Source: Escherichia coli (GTDB lineage Bacteria > Pseudomonadota > Gammaproteobacteria > Enterobacterales > Enterobacteriaceae). From it: 64,000 nucleotides of DNA. The notes below the pieces were generated by a model. It searched no databases, was not told where the DNA came from, and was given only the letters and a program-made list of their open reading frames with translations. A program made the position numbers and the translations under genes. Shown here piece by piece: positions 38,787-48,956 of the stretch (positions within the stretch are counted from its first letter, which is position 1; each line of letters begins with the position of its first letter). The DNA lies in the NCBI GenBank assembly GCA_032372955.1, contig GCA_032372955.1_4725.1; one strand, given 5' to 3'.

Positions 38787-39928
38787 TGCGGGACTTCAGT
38801 CGAAATAAAACGCCTGGGGTATTACGTGGAATCAACTTGTCGGATATTCACTTTATCCATCGTCAAACACCGACAGTAAACCTGATTAGCCAACTACGTT
38901 ACTACATCACAAAAGAAGATCCTGCGCTGCTTGATGTGATTACGTTCAGTGGCGATGTCTTCGATCGTATTACGACATTTGTGACGAGTGATGTGGTTGC
39001 TGTTCGTGCCTGGGGTACCTGGTTGTTACGGTATGCGAGAAAACACGATATTACGTTGATCTTTCTTGAGGGTACCAATTTACACGACCAGAAGCAAAGC
39101 CAGTGGTTCGTTGAACAGAACGAGGTCATGGAGATAGGAGCGAAAGTTCGTTATTACGATGATCTCTGCATGGTTGATGAAGACTTCGGTTTAAAAGTGC
39201 TTTATCTTCCAGATAACTACAGCCACGATCCGGATGTGACGTTGTCGGCTGTGAACCGACTTATTGATGAGAAGGGATCGCCGGACTTCATTCTGATGCA
39301 CGGCGCGTTCGAATATCAGCTTCCACCAGAAGCGTTAAAAGCGACATGTGTTCATAGCAGCGATGCATATAACGCAATGGTAGAGAAGACCCAAGGGTGG
39401 GTCGTGAGCGGGCATATCCACTTACAATCCCAGAAAGGACGTATCATGGTTGGTGGTTCGTTCGGCCGCTTGTCGCATGGCGAAGAAGGTCCAAAGGGGT
39501 ACCTCCGTTATACGTTAACAGAATCGTTTAACGACCAGTGGGAATTTGTTGAGAACAAGAAAGCAGATGTCTACAAGACGATAAAACTGCACGGTCTTGT
39601 TGGAGATGAAATCATTCGTGTGTTGGAACGGGAACTGGCTCCATTGAAGAAGGGCGATCATATTCGAATACGCTGCGATAAGGAAGACGATGCGGCGAAA
39701 ACGTTTCGTTCCATTCCTTCTTTGTATCCAGGCTTTGTCTGGTCAATTAAAACGGACGCCAAGAACAACCAGTCGCTATTAAAGAACAGTTTTGTCAATA
39801 ACGTTATCGAGAAAGGCGGAGACTTGACAAAGGACAACGTTAAGCGTTTGTTGGTCGAACGCATTCGTAATAAATACCCGAACGTTGATGCCTTAAAGGT
39901 TTCTGCTTGGCTTGATACGTTGCCATGA
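38786..39928 (+). CDS. Mre11/SbcD-like metallophosphoesterase nuclease
   Basis: 380 aa with ordered calcineurin-like motifs: LSDIHF (DxH), SGDVFDR (GDxxD), EGTNLHD (GNH[DE]-like), LMHG, SGHIH (GHxH). Confidence 0.55.
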   Translation: MRDFSRNKTPGVLRGINLSDIHFIHRQTPTVNLISQLRYYITKEDPALLDVITFSGDVFDRITTFVTSDVVAVRAWGTWLLRYARKHDITLIFLEGTNLHDQKQSQWFVEQNEVMEIGAKVRYYDDLCMVDEDFGLKVLYLPDNYSHDPDVTLSAVNRLIDEKGSPDFILMHGAFEYQLPPEALKATCVHSSDAYNAMVEKTQGWVVSGHIHLQSQKGRIMVGGSFGRLSHGEEGPKGYLRYTLTESFNDQWEFVENKKADVYKTIKLHGLVGDEIIRVLERELAPLKKGDHIRIRCDKEDDAAKTFRSIPSLYPGFVWSIKTDAKNNQSLLKNSFVNNVIEKGGDLTKDNVKRLLVERIRNKYPNVDALKVSAWLDTLP

Positions 39929-39947
39929 TAAGAAGGAGTTGTGGGGT

Positions 39948-40745
39948 ATGAGCGATATGTACGCCCGCACGTTAGGTGATTATCCTTTATCGGTGGGGAC
40001 GTCAGCAACATTATCAGCCGTGCAGCAACAGCCAGAAACACAGATGGATTGGTTGTTCAACCTTCGTACTTTAGCACGCAATTTCGTTGAAAGCTTTGAA
40101 GACGTTGAACAACATAAATTACCGTTATCGATGATAACGGGGGATTTTCAAAACGAGTTACTGCAGCTAAGGCAGTTGGTGAATGAACTCGTTCCCCATA
40201 TTCGCTTGCGGATATATGCGCCAACCTATGCGTCAATAAAGCGTGTTTATCCGCACGCGATACATAAGGAGCCACACACCGAAAAACAAAAAGGACTCGC
40301 TACACTTTATCGTGGGTTGATGGCGTCTGTAGATCGACTCCCTAATATCGAATCGATGGATTGTAAATTACCCACGATAACCAAGACATCGTATATCACC
40401 ACGCACTATGTTTCTGACTTGTTGGCAAGAACCGGTTTTGGTGAACTTATTTTGGTAGAAAGCCATACCGGAACTTTGAAACGAAAACATCAGTGGTCAA
40501 CCAAACTTACTGGTGGGGATCGTCCAGAGGTTGCGAACCTTCCATTTACAAAGATGACCTTGGGGACGTTCGGTGACCAAGCCGTACAGTTCAACAGCGG
40601 GCCGGTGAAAATAAAAAGGATGTTGTTAGATCTTGCGAAACAGAGTCAGTGGAATCCATTAACAACGGAAGACCGTACACGCTTTGGCGTCAACCAGTTA
40701 CGTGACCCCTTTGCAAAACGTTTTCTGTTGGACATGTTCCGCTGA
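39948..40745 (+). CDS. hypothetical protein
   Basis: Start at MSDMYART with aaggag RBS 9 nt upstream. Confidence 0.5.
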   Translation: MSDMYARTLGDYPLSVGTSATLSAVQQQPETQMDWLFNLRTLARNFVESFEDVEQHKLPLSMITGDFQNELLQLRQLVNELVPHIRLRIYAPTYASIKRVYPHAIHKEPHTEKQKGLATLYRGLMASVDRLPNIESMDCKLPTITKTSYITTHYVSDLLARTGFGELILVESHTGTLKRKHQWSTKLTGGDRPEVANLPFTKMTLGTFGDQAVQFNSGPVKIKRMLLDLAKQSQWNPLTTEDRTRFGVNQLRDPFAKRFLLDMFR

Positions 40746-40818
40746 GGCTGTAATTTTTAACTAATATTGACTATCATCTGAACCAGAAATTGATTCACAC
40801 TACGTAACGAGGCTGAAA

Positions 40819-41610
40819 ATGAGCAATTGGAATTCGGGCAGTAAACCACAAGGAAACATTATTCCTACAGCGTATGACGACAACAACTGGAAACTGTGGG
40901 CGGACGAAAAGGTTGAGGGCGGTAATTCAGTCCCCTCATTGAAAATTAGCGTTGCTAAGAATCAACCGCGTATCACGGTTTACACTGGTCGTAAAGACCA
41001 GCAGGGTCGCGCTGAAAGCATTTGGGCACGCATGAGCTCATACGCGTTCTATAACCTGCTTGCGATCCTCGAGCAGGTTGCTAAGGGTAAGCCAGGCCAA
41101 CGCTTTGCGATGAAGAACGAAAAGGTTATCGACGATCGCAATAACCCAGGTAAGAAGAAACAGATTACCGAAAGTACAACGTGGGTTGGTAAGAACGATG
41201 ATGGTTCGGTATATATCGCTGTAACAGCATACCAAAAACCAAACATCCAATTCGTATTCAAGCCACCGCGTTTCCACGCTCTGGTTGATGAGTCTGGACA
41301 ACCTTTACAGATCGGGGTTGTTTCTCCGCTTTGTGCGTTGGAATTTGTACGTATTCATCGCGCGGTGTTGCCGAGCATCCTCGCAACCAATTTCGACGGT
41401 GAAAGCCGTAGCGTAAGTAATGGTGGCAACAATAACTATAACCGTAACAATAACAACGGCGGCGGTAACCGTAATGCTGGTAACGGCCAGTACAACGGTA
41501 ACTCTAACGCATCAAGTTCGGCTTCAGTGGCCCCTGATACCCGTTGGGATGCGCCAAGCGCAAATGACGACGATGATCCGTCCGTAGCCTTTGATGGCTT
41601 AGCGTTCTAA
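40819..41610 (+). CDS. hypothetical protein with Asn/Gly-rich linker and acidic C-terminal tail (SSB-like architecture)
   Basis: 263 aa; C-terminus NGGNNNYNRNNNNGGGNRNAGNGQYNGNSN...SANDDDDPSVAFDGLAF. Confidence 0.45.
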   Translation: MSNWNSGSKPQGNIIPTAYDDNNWKLWADEKVEGGNSVPSLKISVAKNQPRITVYTGRKDQQGRAESIWARMSSYAFYNLLAILEQVAKGKPGQRFAMKNEKVIDDRNNPGKKKQITESTTWVGKNDDGSVYIAVTAYQKPNIQFVFKPPRFHALVDESGQPLQIGVVSPLCALEFVRIHRAVLPSILATNFDGESRSVSNGGNNNYNRNNNNGGGNRNAGNGQYNGNSNASSSASVAPDTRWDAPSANDDDDPSVAFDGLAF

Positions 41611-41745
41611 CAATGCTTTAGCATCGCATTCTGAGTCTTCGATTCAGAAGGTAACGCGAATATTTTCCGTTAGTGCAAGGTGTCTCGCTTCGGCGGGATG
41701 CCTTGCATGCTGAGCGATAACTCAGCCGGAATCCAAAATTATTCA

Positions 41746-41765
41746 CGCTTATATTACCTTTGTGG
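41746..41765 (+). promoter_or_regulatory. TATATTAC element (early-promoter-like)
   Basis: cgctTATATTACctttgtgg about 60 nt upstream of the start at 41815. Confidence 0.45.
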
Positions 41766-41814
41766 TAGACGTCATAGAATACGTTTTAACAGGGAACCGC
41801 GAAAAGAGGTTGTT

Positions 41815-43401
41815 ATGCACATAGTGCCCGTCATTACGACGCAAGGAAAAGAAAAGCTGGATCACTATCTCATCAAACACCGTGATGGACGTACTGTGGA
41901 ATTTTCAGGTCAGGGTTACATCAAGATTGATGGGGATATGGCTAGCAATCAGATGCGGGAGATTAACAAGTATCTCGCCTGGATAGAACAAAAGAACCCA
42001 CGTCGAATTGACGACATCTTTGAAGGGTTCGTTAAAGCACGTGAAGCGATGGATAACTACATTGCTCCACAACAACAAATGGAGGAGTTGAGCCGCGCTG
42101 TTGGTGAAATTTACAAACCGGTTGTGTATGAAGAGATTCTGGCATTGTGTAATACCCCAGGTTGGGTAAAATTACCGCCGGACATGAAAACAACATTAGG
42201 TGAGGATGATATACCCGAGAAAACCTATTTACGAAATGATTACGTTGAGTTAACGGCGTTAGCGATCTACGTCCGTCTGATGGTGCCGATTTGGGCAGAG
42301 TTTCTGATTGACGCAGGGAAAACGTACGGGACGGTCCGTAAAGAAGAAGTGGCTATGTCGCTGATGTATAAAACACGCATTCATGATATCGCCGCTTACG
42401 ACCGACTGGAAGACTATATCCGCGCACAAACGGGTGATAAAAAGATCACGCTGTCGATGACCGTGGATTACATGTCGACGGAGAAAGTACCCGGTTGGTT
42501 GCGTTCACAAGCCATCGTTCGTCGTCTCGCTGTACGCGATTTGGACCAAGCTGTACAGCCTGTCGTTAAAGATGGGGTGTTGGTGAGTTGTACGCATCTG
42601 GTAACGTTAATCTTTAGCTATGTGAATAACCTTTGTACGGAACGACGTTTCAGTGGACCGATTCGTGAGAAAACCCCACGAGGAAACGCGCAAGATGAAG
42701 ACAGTCAAGGCGTGATCGATGCGTTGATGGTGAAAGATAAACGTTCACCGCGTGTACTCATTCTTGACATCGCCTATCTTACCCAGATGGAACGTGTGTT
42801 GCACGACGTCGACGAAACGGCACCTTACGGTAAAGTTGAAGACATGTATGCGCGTATCGCAAAACGTTACGATGGATACACGTACGCTAAACACGATGAC
42901 ACCGTTGAGTTAAAACCAATCAACCGCGGATGCCGAGCACTGGCACAATGGTTGCTTGATAGCCATCTTCCGGCGAGAAGTCTGGCACCGATTGAAGCCG
43001 TGCATCAGGCAAAAGCGTTAGCCATCGCAGCGTGCTTGTTAGACCATTGGGGTTTTCCTCAACTGGCCGCGCTGACCGTAGGTATCCAGGTTAAACGCGA
43101 CGATGTTTATCAGATTATCCACCAATTAAAACCACAGGAGATCATTACTGTCAATAAATTGTATCCACACGCCATGTATGAAGATGAACGTACAACTTTA
43201 CCGGTTGTCGGTATTAACATGGTGGCCGATGCGTTTTGTGAATGGGACTGGGATGTTTCAGCAGCAGGCCCGGAAATCCTTGAGAAAGTCCCAGCTGACC
43301 GTAAAGGATTGATGCTTTGTCCAGCAGATATCCGTCAGCAGCTTGTGCAATTAGTTGTTCGATTAAATGAACACGTAGTAAATTTAAGAGGAAAAAAATA
43401 A
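41815..43401 (+). CDS. hypothetical protein
   Basis: 528 aa from MHIVPVITTQ with agagg RBS; the track's N-terminal extension from 41680 overlaps the promoter-like element. Confidence 0.55.
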   Translation: MHIVPVITTQGKEKLDHYLIKHRDGRTVEFSGQGYIKIDGDMASNQMREINKYLAWIEQKNPRRIDDIFEGFVKAREAMDNYIAPQQQMEELSRAVGEIYKPVVYEEILALCNTPGWVKLPPDMKTTLGEDDIPEKTYLRNDYVELTALAIYVRLMVPIWAEFLIDAGKTYGTVRKEEVAMSLMYKTRIHDIAAYDRLEDYIRAQTGDKKITLSMTVDYMSTEKVPGWLRSQAIVRRLAVRDLDQAVQPVVKDGVLVSCTHLVTLIFSYVNNLCTERRFSGPIREKTPRGNAQDEDSQGVIDALMVKDKRSPRVLILDIAYLTQMERVLHDVDETAPYGKVEDMYARIAKRYDGYTYAKHDDTVELKPINRGCRALAQWLLDSHLPARSLAPIEAVHQAKALAIAACLLDHWGFPQLAALTVGIQVKRDDVYQIIHQLKPQEIITVNKLYPHAMYEDERTTLPVVGINMVADAFCEWDWDVSAAGPEILEKVPADRKGLMLCPADIRQQLVQLVVRLNEHVVNLRGKK

Positions 43402-43402
43402 A

Positions 43403-44989
43403 ATGATCCCGATGAATGTTCGTGAAATCCTGATGGTTGAAACCGCACCGTACAACAACGTACAACGTCGTCCACTACGATTCCACGCAGATAGCATGCG
43501 TAGCATCGAAGACTTTATTAACACGACGCGGTTCGGTACGGCAACAACACCATCAGCAATCAATAAGCTTGCAACCGGGTTGTTGCAGCAGTCTGCAGAA
43601 CCTGAGGGGGTTTCGGAGATTGCGAATGGTTGGGGCACACGCCGTTTCCATTTCATGATGGCTGTAGAAGAATCCTTGGCTCTCGCACCAGGAACCAAGC
43701 GTGTCCATTACATTTCTGGATACACCGACCATTCTGTAAGCCTTGATGCGTTTACAACGCGTGCTATCGATCTGCCGAATGAACTGGTGTTCTTCTTCAC
43801 GAATGTAATCCAGGTAACCGAAACAACCACAACGGATATGTTCGGTAAGCAAATCGTTCGTGCAACCCCGATGGATGCAACGAACCTGTTGACTGGTGCA
43901 TACGACCCCGTTAATCGCGATGTTCAGTTCAGTACTCGTGTTCAGGATACGCTGACTTATGCATCGACCGCACGTTGGGTAGGCAATGGTGGTTTTGATA
44001 ACCAGTTCATGGACCCAGCGATGCAGAACGTGATGCAGCAGTTCGATCCCGCCTACGCTGACGTGGTTCATCGTACATCCTACCCACCGCAGCCGGAACC
44101 GGTTTTCCGTGGTGTGGAGGCAGCAATGTGTTTCGCAACGGAGAAAATCAAACCAGCTAGTGCCGATACGAACATCCCAACCATCTATCTAAGAAAAGCC
44201 TTCGATAATGTTGGGGCTATTCGTCAAACGTACGAAAGCGGGTCTCATCCAGGTAGCGCAGAGAACGAGGATATTTACGTAGAAGCCGCTCAAGCTGTTC
44301 GTGAAGAACCGTTGGTTGCGCATCCAGTATTCGGTGCGATTATGCGTGATGAAGGATTCGCTTTCAGCGGTAGCCTGAGTTGGGCTGACATGAAACGGAT
44401 GTTCGGTGAACATATCCGTGACGTCTTAACGTTATTCCCGTATGTGGAAGCCCGTCGCGGTACATCAGCAACCACCGAGTTTGGTTGGATGCCGACCGAC
44501 AGCCAGAGCTGGGATGTGATCGATTATCCAACGCTGTATTGTTCATCGCTTGCTGCAATGATGCCTGCTGCCATGACGTATCGCATGTTGGAATCGTTCC
44601 GTTTCATTGCTGACAACCACGGTCACCCAGAACTCGGTATCATGCCAGGTCAATGGGCGGTTGCGGTTACCGACGCCGTACCGTTCATTAAAGGATACGA
44701 TTGTAACCGTGCTGCTGAACAAATGCGTTCTGACATGATTACCAATATCCTACCCTCCATGTTGGGCAACAACCCGAATGCGGTTATGGTGAGCGGCGCG
44801 ATTAACCTGTTCCTGGACAGCCAGTTCAAGATCAGCGTTGACGGTTCTGCACCGATTCCGTACACCATGCCGAACATCAACCCATCCGCATACAGCCCGC
44901 TGCTCAACCGTAGCCAGCAGGAGGTGTATAAGCTGAGCGTTGATTTGTTTAACCTGGTGGATGCGGTAACTACCAAAGGCAACTTCTAA
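43403..44989 (+). CDS. hypothetical protein
   Basis: 528 aa; agagga RBS. Confidence 0.55.
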   Translation: MIPMNVREILMVETAPYNNVQRRPLRFHADSMRSIEDFINTTRFGTATTPSAINKLATGLLQQSAEPEGVSEIANGWGTRRFHFMMAVEESLALAPGTKRVHYISGYTDHSVSLDAFTTRAIDLPNELVFFFTNVIQVTETTTTDMFGKQIVRATPMDATNLLTGAYDPVNRDVQFSTRVQDTLTYASTARWVGNGGFDNQFMDPAMQNVMQQFDPAYADVVHRTSYPPQPEPVFRGVEAAMCFATEKIKPASADTNIPTIYLRKAFDNVGAIRQTYESGSHPGSAENEDIYVEAAQAVREEPLVAHPVFGAIMRDEGFAFSGSLSWADMKRMFGEHIRDVLTLFPYVEARRGTSATTEFGWMPTDSQSWDVIDYPTLYCSSLAAMMPAAMTYRMLESFRFIADNHGHPELGIMPGQWAVAVTDAVPFIKGYDCNRAAEQMRSDMITNILPSMLGNNPNAVMVSGAINLFLDSQFKISVDGSAPIPYTMPNINPSAYSPLLNRSQQEVYKLSVDLFNLVDAVTTKGNF

Positions 44990-45005
44990 TCCATAGGTCC
45001 CCTGT

Positions 45006-45028
45006 TGTAGGGGGGACCGTTGACGTAA
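45006..45028 (+). other. GC hairpin downstream of gene 43403
   Basis: ggtcccc tgttgta ggggacc; no T-run. Confidence 0.35.
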
Positions 45029-45045
45029 AGAAAAGGAAATACAAT

Positions 45046-46326
45046 ATGTCGAAGCTTATCGAAGCTTATCGCAAAGCACTACAGAGCGTTAACTATTTTG
45101 AGAATGACGCCCACGAATTAGAATATCGTTTTACGGATGGGGATGGTAAAGTTGTTGCGGTTGCCGCTACCGTGGAAAGCATGCCGCTGCTGATGCCGGT
45201 TTCCGAAGTTCGTACCGGAAATCAGCTGGCTGAACGTGTGCTGTTCCATCCGCTAAGTGAAGACGTGATGAACGGCGAATCGGAAGTACTTCAGTTCCTG
45301 CGTCGTGCGATGGTTGTTCGTTTTAATGCCACGCTATGCTCCATGCTGATTTGGATGGTTGAAACCGCAATCAATCCTAAAGAAGCAAAACGTTTCGGAC
45401 CGAAGCAAAAAGAGTTCTTCAACATCCTTGCGGACGCCAGCGATAAAACATTAACGACCCTGGGCAAACTGGTCACCGTTTGGCTGAAACGTGACACACC
45501 GTATACGCTGTCCAAAATTTATCTTCGTCGTACTGGTGCAACCTACATGGGTAAGAAGATGACCCGTGTTGCGGTCGTTACTTTCCCGTTCATGGAAGAA
45601 GAACACATCAGCACGAAAGATAAGAAAACGTACTGGTGTGGTGTTGAGATTTCCAAGAAAGATCTTAACATGCTGAGAAACCTGGTTGAGTACGTTATCC
45701 CGCACGCGGGCGAAGTAAGTGAAACGTACAATGCTGGGTCAAGCGATCCTCATGCTCCGTATTTCGATTGTCTTATCCACAGCTTCGCTAAGCTGATGGA
45801 ACCGCTGAACCATCTCATCAAACTGTTTGGTGATAAGTACGACGGTAAAGAGAACGGTTATTGTGATGTTACCTGGGTCGAGGATTTTGAACCGATCAAT
45901 CAACATCGTGGTCAGATTCCGCCAGCGAAATACAACATGGGTGTAACGCTGAACAGTCGTCCACAGCCGACGGTTAAGCCAAACCCATCAGCAGCTGCAC
46001 ATGAAGGTATGCAACCGCGTCCTGCTTCAACAGGCAGTGTGATCGATAACCTGTTGGGTAAAACCGCACCTGTCCAACCTAATCAGTGGGAAAGTGGTGG
46101 TAACCAACCGGCAGGTAATAGTACGTTTGATGCGTTGATGAACCGTGTTGCGGAACGTAACGGTACGATGTTCAATAATGCTGCTTGGCCAGGCATGGGC
46201 ATGCAACCTGCTGGGTGGGGGATGCCGCCAGCACCGCAGTCGCCAAACGGTTTACGTCGTCGTGCTGAGATGGAACGTAACAACATCCTGAGCGCGTGGA
46301 CAGGACATACTGTAAATCGTTTCTGA
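45046..46326 (+). CDS. hypothetical protein with Pro/Gln/Gly-rich C-terminus
   Basis: 426 aa; aagga RBS; 10-nt tandem duplication gaagcttatc x2 at the start. Confidence 0.55.
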   Translation: MSKLIEAYRKALQSVNYFENDAHELEYRFTDGDGKVVAVAATVESMPLLMPVSEVRTGNQLAERVLFHPLSEDVMNGESEVLQFLRRAMVVRFNATLCSMLIWMVETAINPKEAKRFGPKQKEFFNILADASDKTLTTLGKLVTVWLKRDTPYTLSKIYLRRTGATYMGKKMTRVAVVTFPFMEEEHISTKDKKTYWCGVEISKKDLNMLRNLVEYVIPHAGEVSETYNAGSSDPHAPYFDCLIHSFAKLMEPLNHLIKLFGDKYDGKENGYCDVTWVEDFEPINQHRGQIPPAKYNMGVTLNSRPQPTVKPNPSAAAHEGMQPRPASTGSVIDNLLGKTAPVQPNQWESGGNQPAGNSTFDALMNRVAERNGTMFNNAAWPGMGMQPAGWGMPPAPQSPNGLRRRAEMERNNILSAWTGHTVNRF

Positions 46327-46357
46327 TGTATTAAGTCATCGAACGACGGCATAAATG

Positions 46358-46386
46358 CCCTCCCTACGCTTTACGCTGTGGGAGGG
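46358..46386. terminator. bidirectional hairpin between convergent genes
   Basis: ccctccc ... gggaggg. Confidence 0.5.
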
Positions 46387-46391
46387 TTATC

Positions 46392-46757
46392 TTAAGCGCT
46401 GTAGTGGATTGTGCGGTACTGTTGTTTTAATGTGTTGATTGCGCTTGTATCGACAATCTTCATGGTTAGAACATCGGCGGTGTATTCCGTAGGGTCGCGA
46501 TAACCATTGAGTCTCATGGTTATCCAGTGCATTGGTTCACTGCCCTCACCGAGCAGAACACGGCACAATCCATAAAAGTTACCATCGAATTCGTAGGCGC
46601 GTTCGGGTGGTATGTCTATCGTAGAGACCAGTCCGGCATTTTTGAAATATTCCAGATGCATCTCAACAACGTTCCTGAAATCAAGATCGTGGATGAGGTC
46701 ATCGGGGTTTGTCTTAAGAAAGTCGTTCAGGGGCGTGTTAGACATGACGTACCTCAA
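46392..46757 (-). CDS. hypothetical protein
   Basis: 121 aa; gaggta RBS on minus strand. Confidence 0.5.
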   Translation of the reverse strand: MRYVMSNTPLNDFLKTNPDDLIHDLDFRNVVEMHLEYFKNAGLVSTIDIPPERAYEFDGNFYGLCRVLLGEGSEPMHWITMRLNGYRDPTEYTADVLTMKIVDTSAINTLKQQYRTIHYSA

Positions 46758-46776
46758 TTCGATAATAGGAAGTCCT

Positions 46777-48945
46777 ATGCATTATAAAGAAAAACCTCTT
46801 TATGAATCTGTGAAGCAGGCAATCGCTGAAGGTAAAATCATTCCCATTAAACAGGAGTATACTGGCGTAGGGACTGGACTTAACGGGCTACTGCATTATA
46901 ACTCAGCACAGCGCGCTGCGATGTTTGGTGGACATCTTAGCCAAGCGTTGGTTATCAAAGATGCGAAACCGTCCCGACTGACGACGGGGATCGAATACCA
47001 GTACGGACAGAACACGTGGTCAGTAGAGTTTCCAGTCGAATCTCGCATCATAGATATCATCCCACGTTTCCAACCGGGGCATACAGCAAACAGCATCAAA
47101 ACAAACACGATGCATTACGTGCTGTATGAAAACCAAGAGGATGGTAACCGTCACGAGCTACGCTTGCTTGAAGTGCCTGAGCATCACATCATGCATCAGC
47201 AGTACGGTTTCCGTTTTCGACCAACCAACTTGTTCCATTCCCTTCGTCGAGGCCAGATCGTACCGCGATATTCTCGTTTGATGGAAAGCCCAGCGATCAA
47301 TCAAGAAACGCGCGAGTGGGGTTACGGTCGCGATTGCAAAGTGTGTTTCGGTAGCTTCTATCAATGTATCGAGGATGGTGGTGTTGCCCGTCGTGGTGTA
47401 TTGAAGCATTTCACCAGTACCGGCATTGAGAAGCGAACGATCACATCAGGTAAATCACGATACCCAATCAATCTCTACGGTGATGATGAGGTATATCAAG
47501 CAATACCCGAGAACGGTGAGCGTATTCGTAAGGATGGGTTGCTTGCCGCAACACGCGAAATCGATCCTATCCTTAGCGTTGTTGACATGATGACGTGTAA
47601 CCTTCAGCGTGTGGATTATGTTTACGACGATCTCACTTACGCTGAACCGAATGCGCGTGTAACGGATATCGATGTTGTCAGTGATCGACATCGTCGTTCT
47701 GGACGTCAAGCCCGCGAGCGTGCGATTATGATGGAAGAGAAGATGCGTCCTCCGTATCGTCAATTCCTGAAATACGAGAACGCAATCGGTTTGCTTTACA
47801 CCCGAATTCAGGATGCTGTTCGTAAGTACGAACGTGAACGCGTTGGTACGTCGATACGTCATCATCAAACGGTGATGTGGTGGTTGAACCTGGCTGATGC
47901 TGAACACGGTATTGATATCCGCAATCCTAACGGACAGCTACGTCATGTGTTACCAACCCGCGATTACCGTAAAGAGAATCTCGATGATTGGCGTGTGACC
48001 ATCACGTACACGTATGACGTTGTTCCAGGTATCGGGTTTAAATTCACCGGTATGGCGGGTGATAAATTCGTTGTAACCGACATCATGGAAGACGATGAAA
48101 TGCCGGTTGACCAATGGGGTAACGTTGCGGACTTCATGTTCGACGATAGTACGGTAATCAAAAGGATGAGTTTAAGTCGTGTTAACGCACCGTACATCAA
48201 CGGCGTTGGCGATCAGATCATGCGTGAACTGAAACCGGTGATGGATGCAGGCGATCTGGAGACCGCTTGGAACACACTGATGCGCTACTACTATATCGTC
48301 AGTCCTGAATTCGTGGAACAGGTTGTTGAAAAATACTGTATCACGGATGAGGATAAATGGGATCATTTACGGTACGTACAACGCCACGGTACGGAAGTTT
48401 ATATCCCGACGGACAGTATCGCAGCCGGTTCAGAACGTATGGAGAATCTGATTCGTGAGTTCCCGTTGAAGAAAGGTCCTGTACGGTATCGTGGACGTTC
48501 TGGGCAATGGCGGACAACCAAGAACGATATTGCGATCGGCGACACGTACATCATGATGTTGGAGAAGACGGCGAACGACTGGTCAGCTGTGGGTATTCCT
48601 AAACTGCAAGCGCACGGATTACCGTCGAAACTCAGTAATAGCGATAAATACAGTTCTCCGGGTAAAGAGCAACCGACTCGTTACTGTGGTGAATCTGAAC
48701 ATCGTGAAGTTACCGCCTTTGCTGGCGGATGGTTCGCAAGCGTCTTTATGGATTATGCGAACAATCCAAAACAGGTGGATAGCATCACTGAAAGCATCTA
48801 CGCGACCGATAAGCCGTCAGCGATTCCTATTGCGACCAACTTCGAGAAGTATCCCATTGGCGGTAACCGTGCGTTGAGGATTCTGTATCATCAGCTGAAC
48901 GTTGCTGGCGGACAAATCATCGACGCAGATGACTGCGAAAGCTAA
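46777..48945 (+). CDS. multisubunit RNA polymerase beta-like subunit, C-terminal fragment
   Basis: [33 protein letters not shown]...RMSLSRV aligns to E. coli RpoB [61 protein letters not shown] aligns to GGQRFGEMEVWALEAYGAA. Start moved to ATG 46777 (aggaag RBS) because the track start 46612 overlaps the divergent gene. Confidence 0.8.
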   Translation: [722 protein letters not shown]

Positions 48946-48956
48946 CGAGGTATACG

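Noticed and set aside
46612-46776. N-terminal extension of the RNAP beta ORF
   Set aside because: It overlaps the divergent minus-strand gene 46392..46757; the ATG at 46777 has a proper RBS and the conserved sequence begins there.
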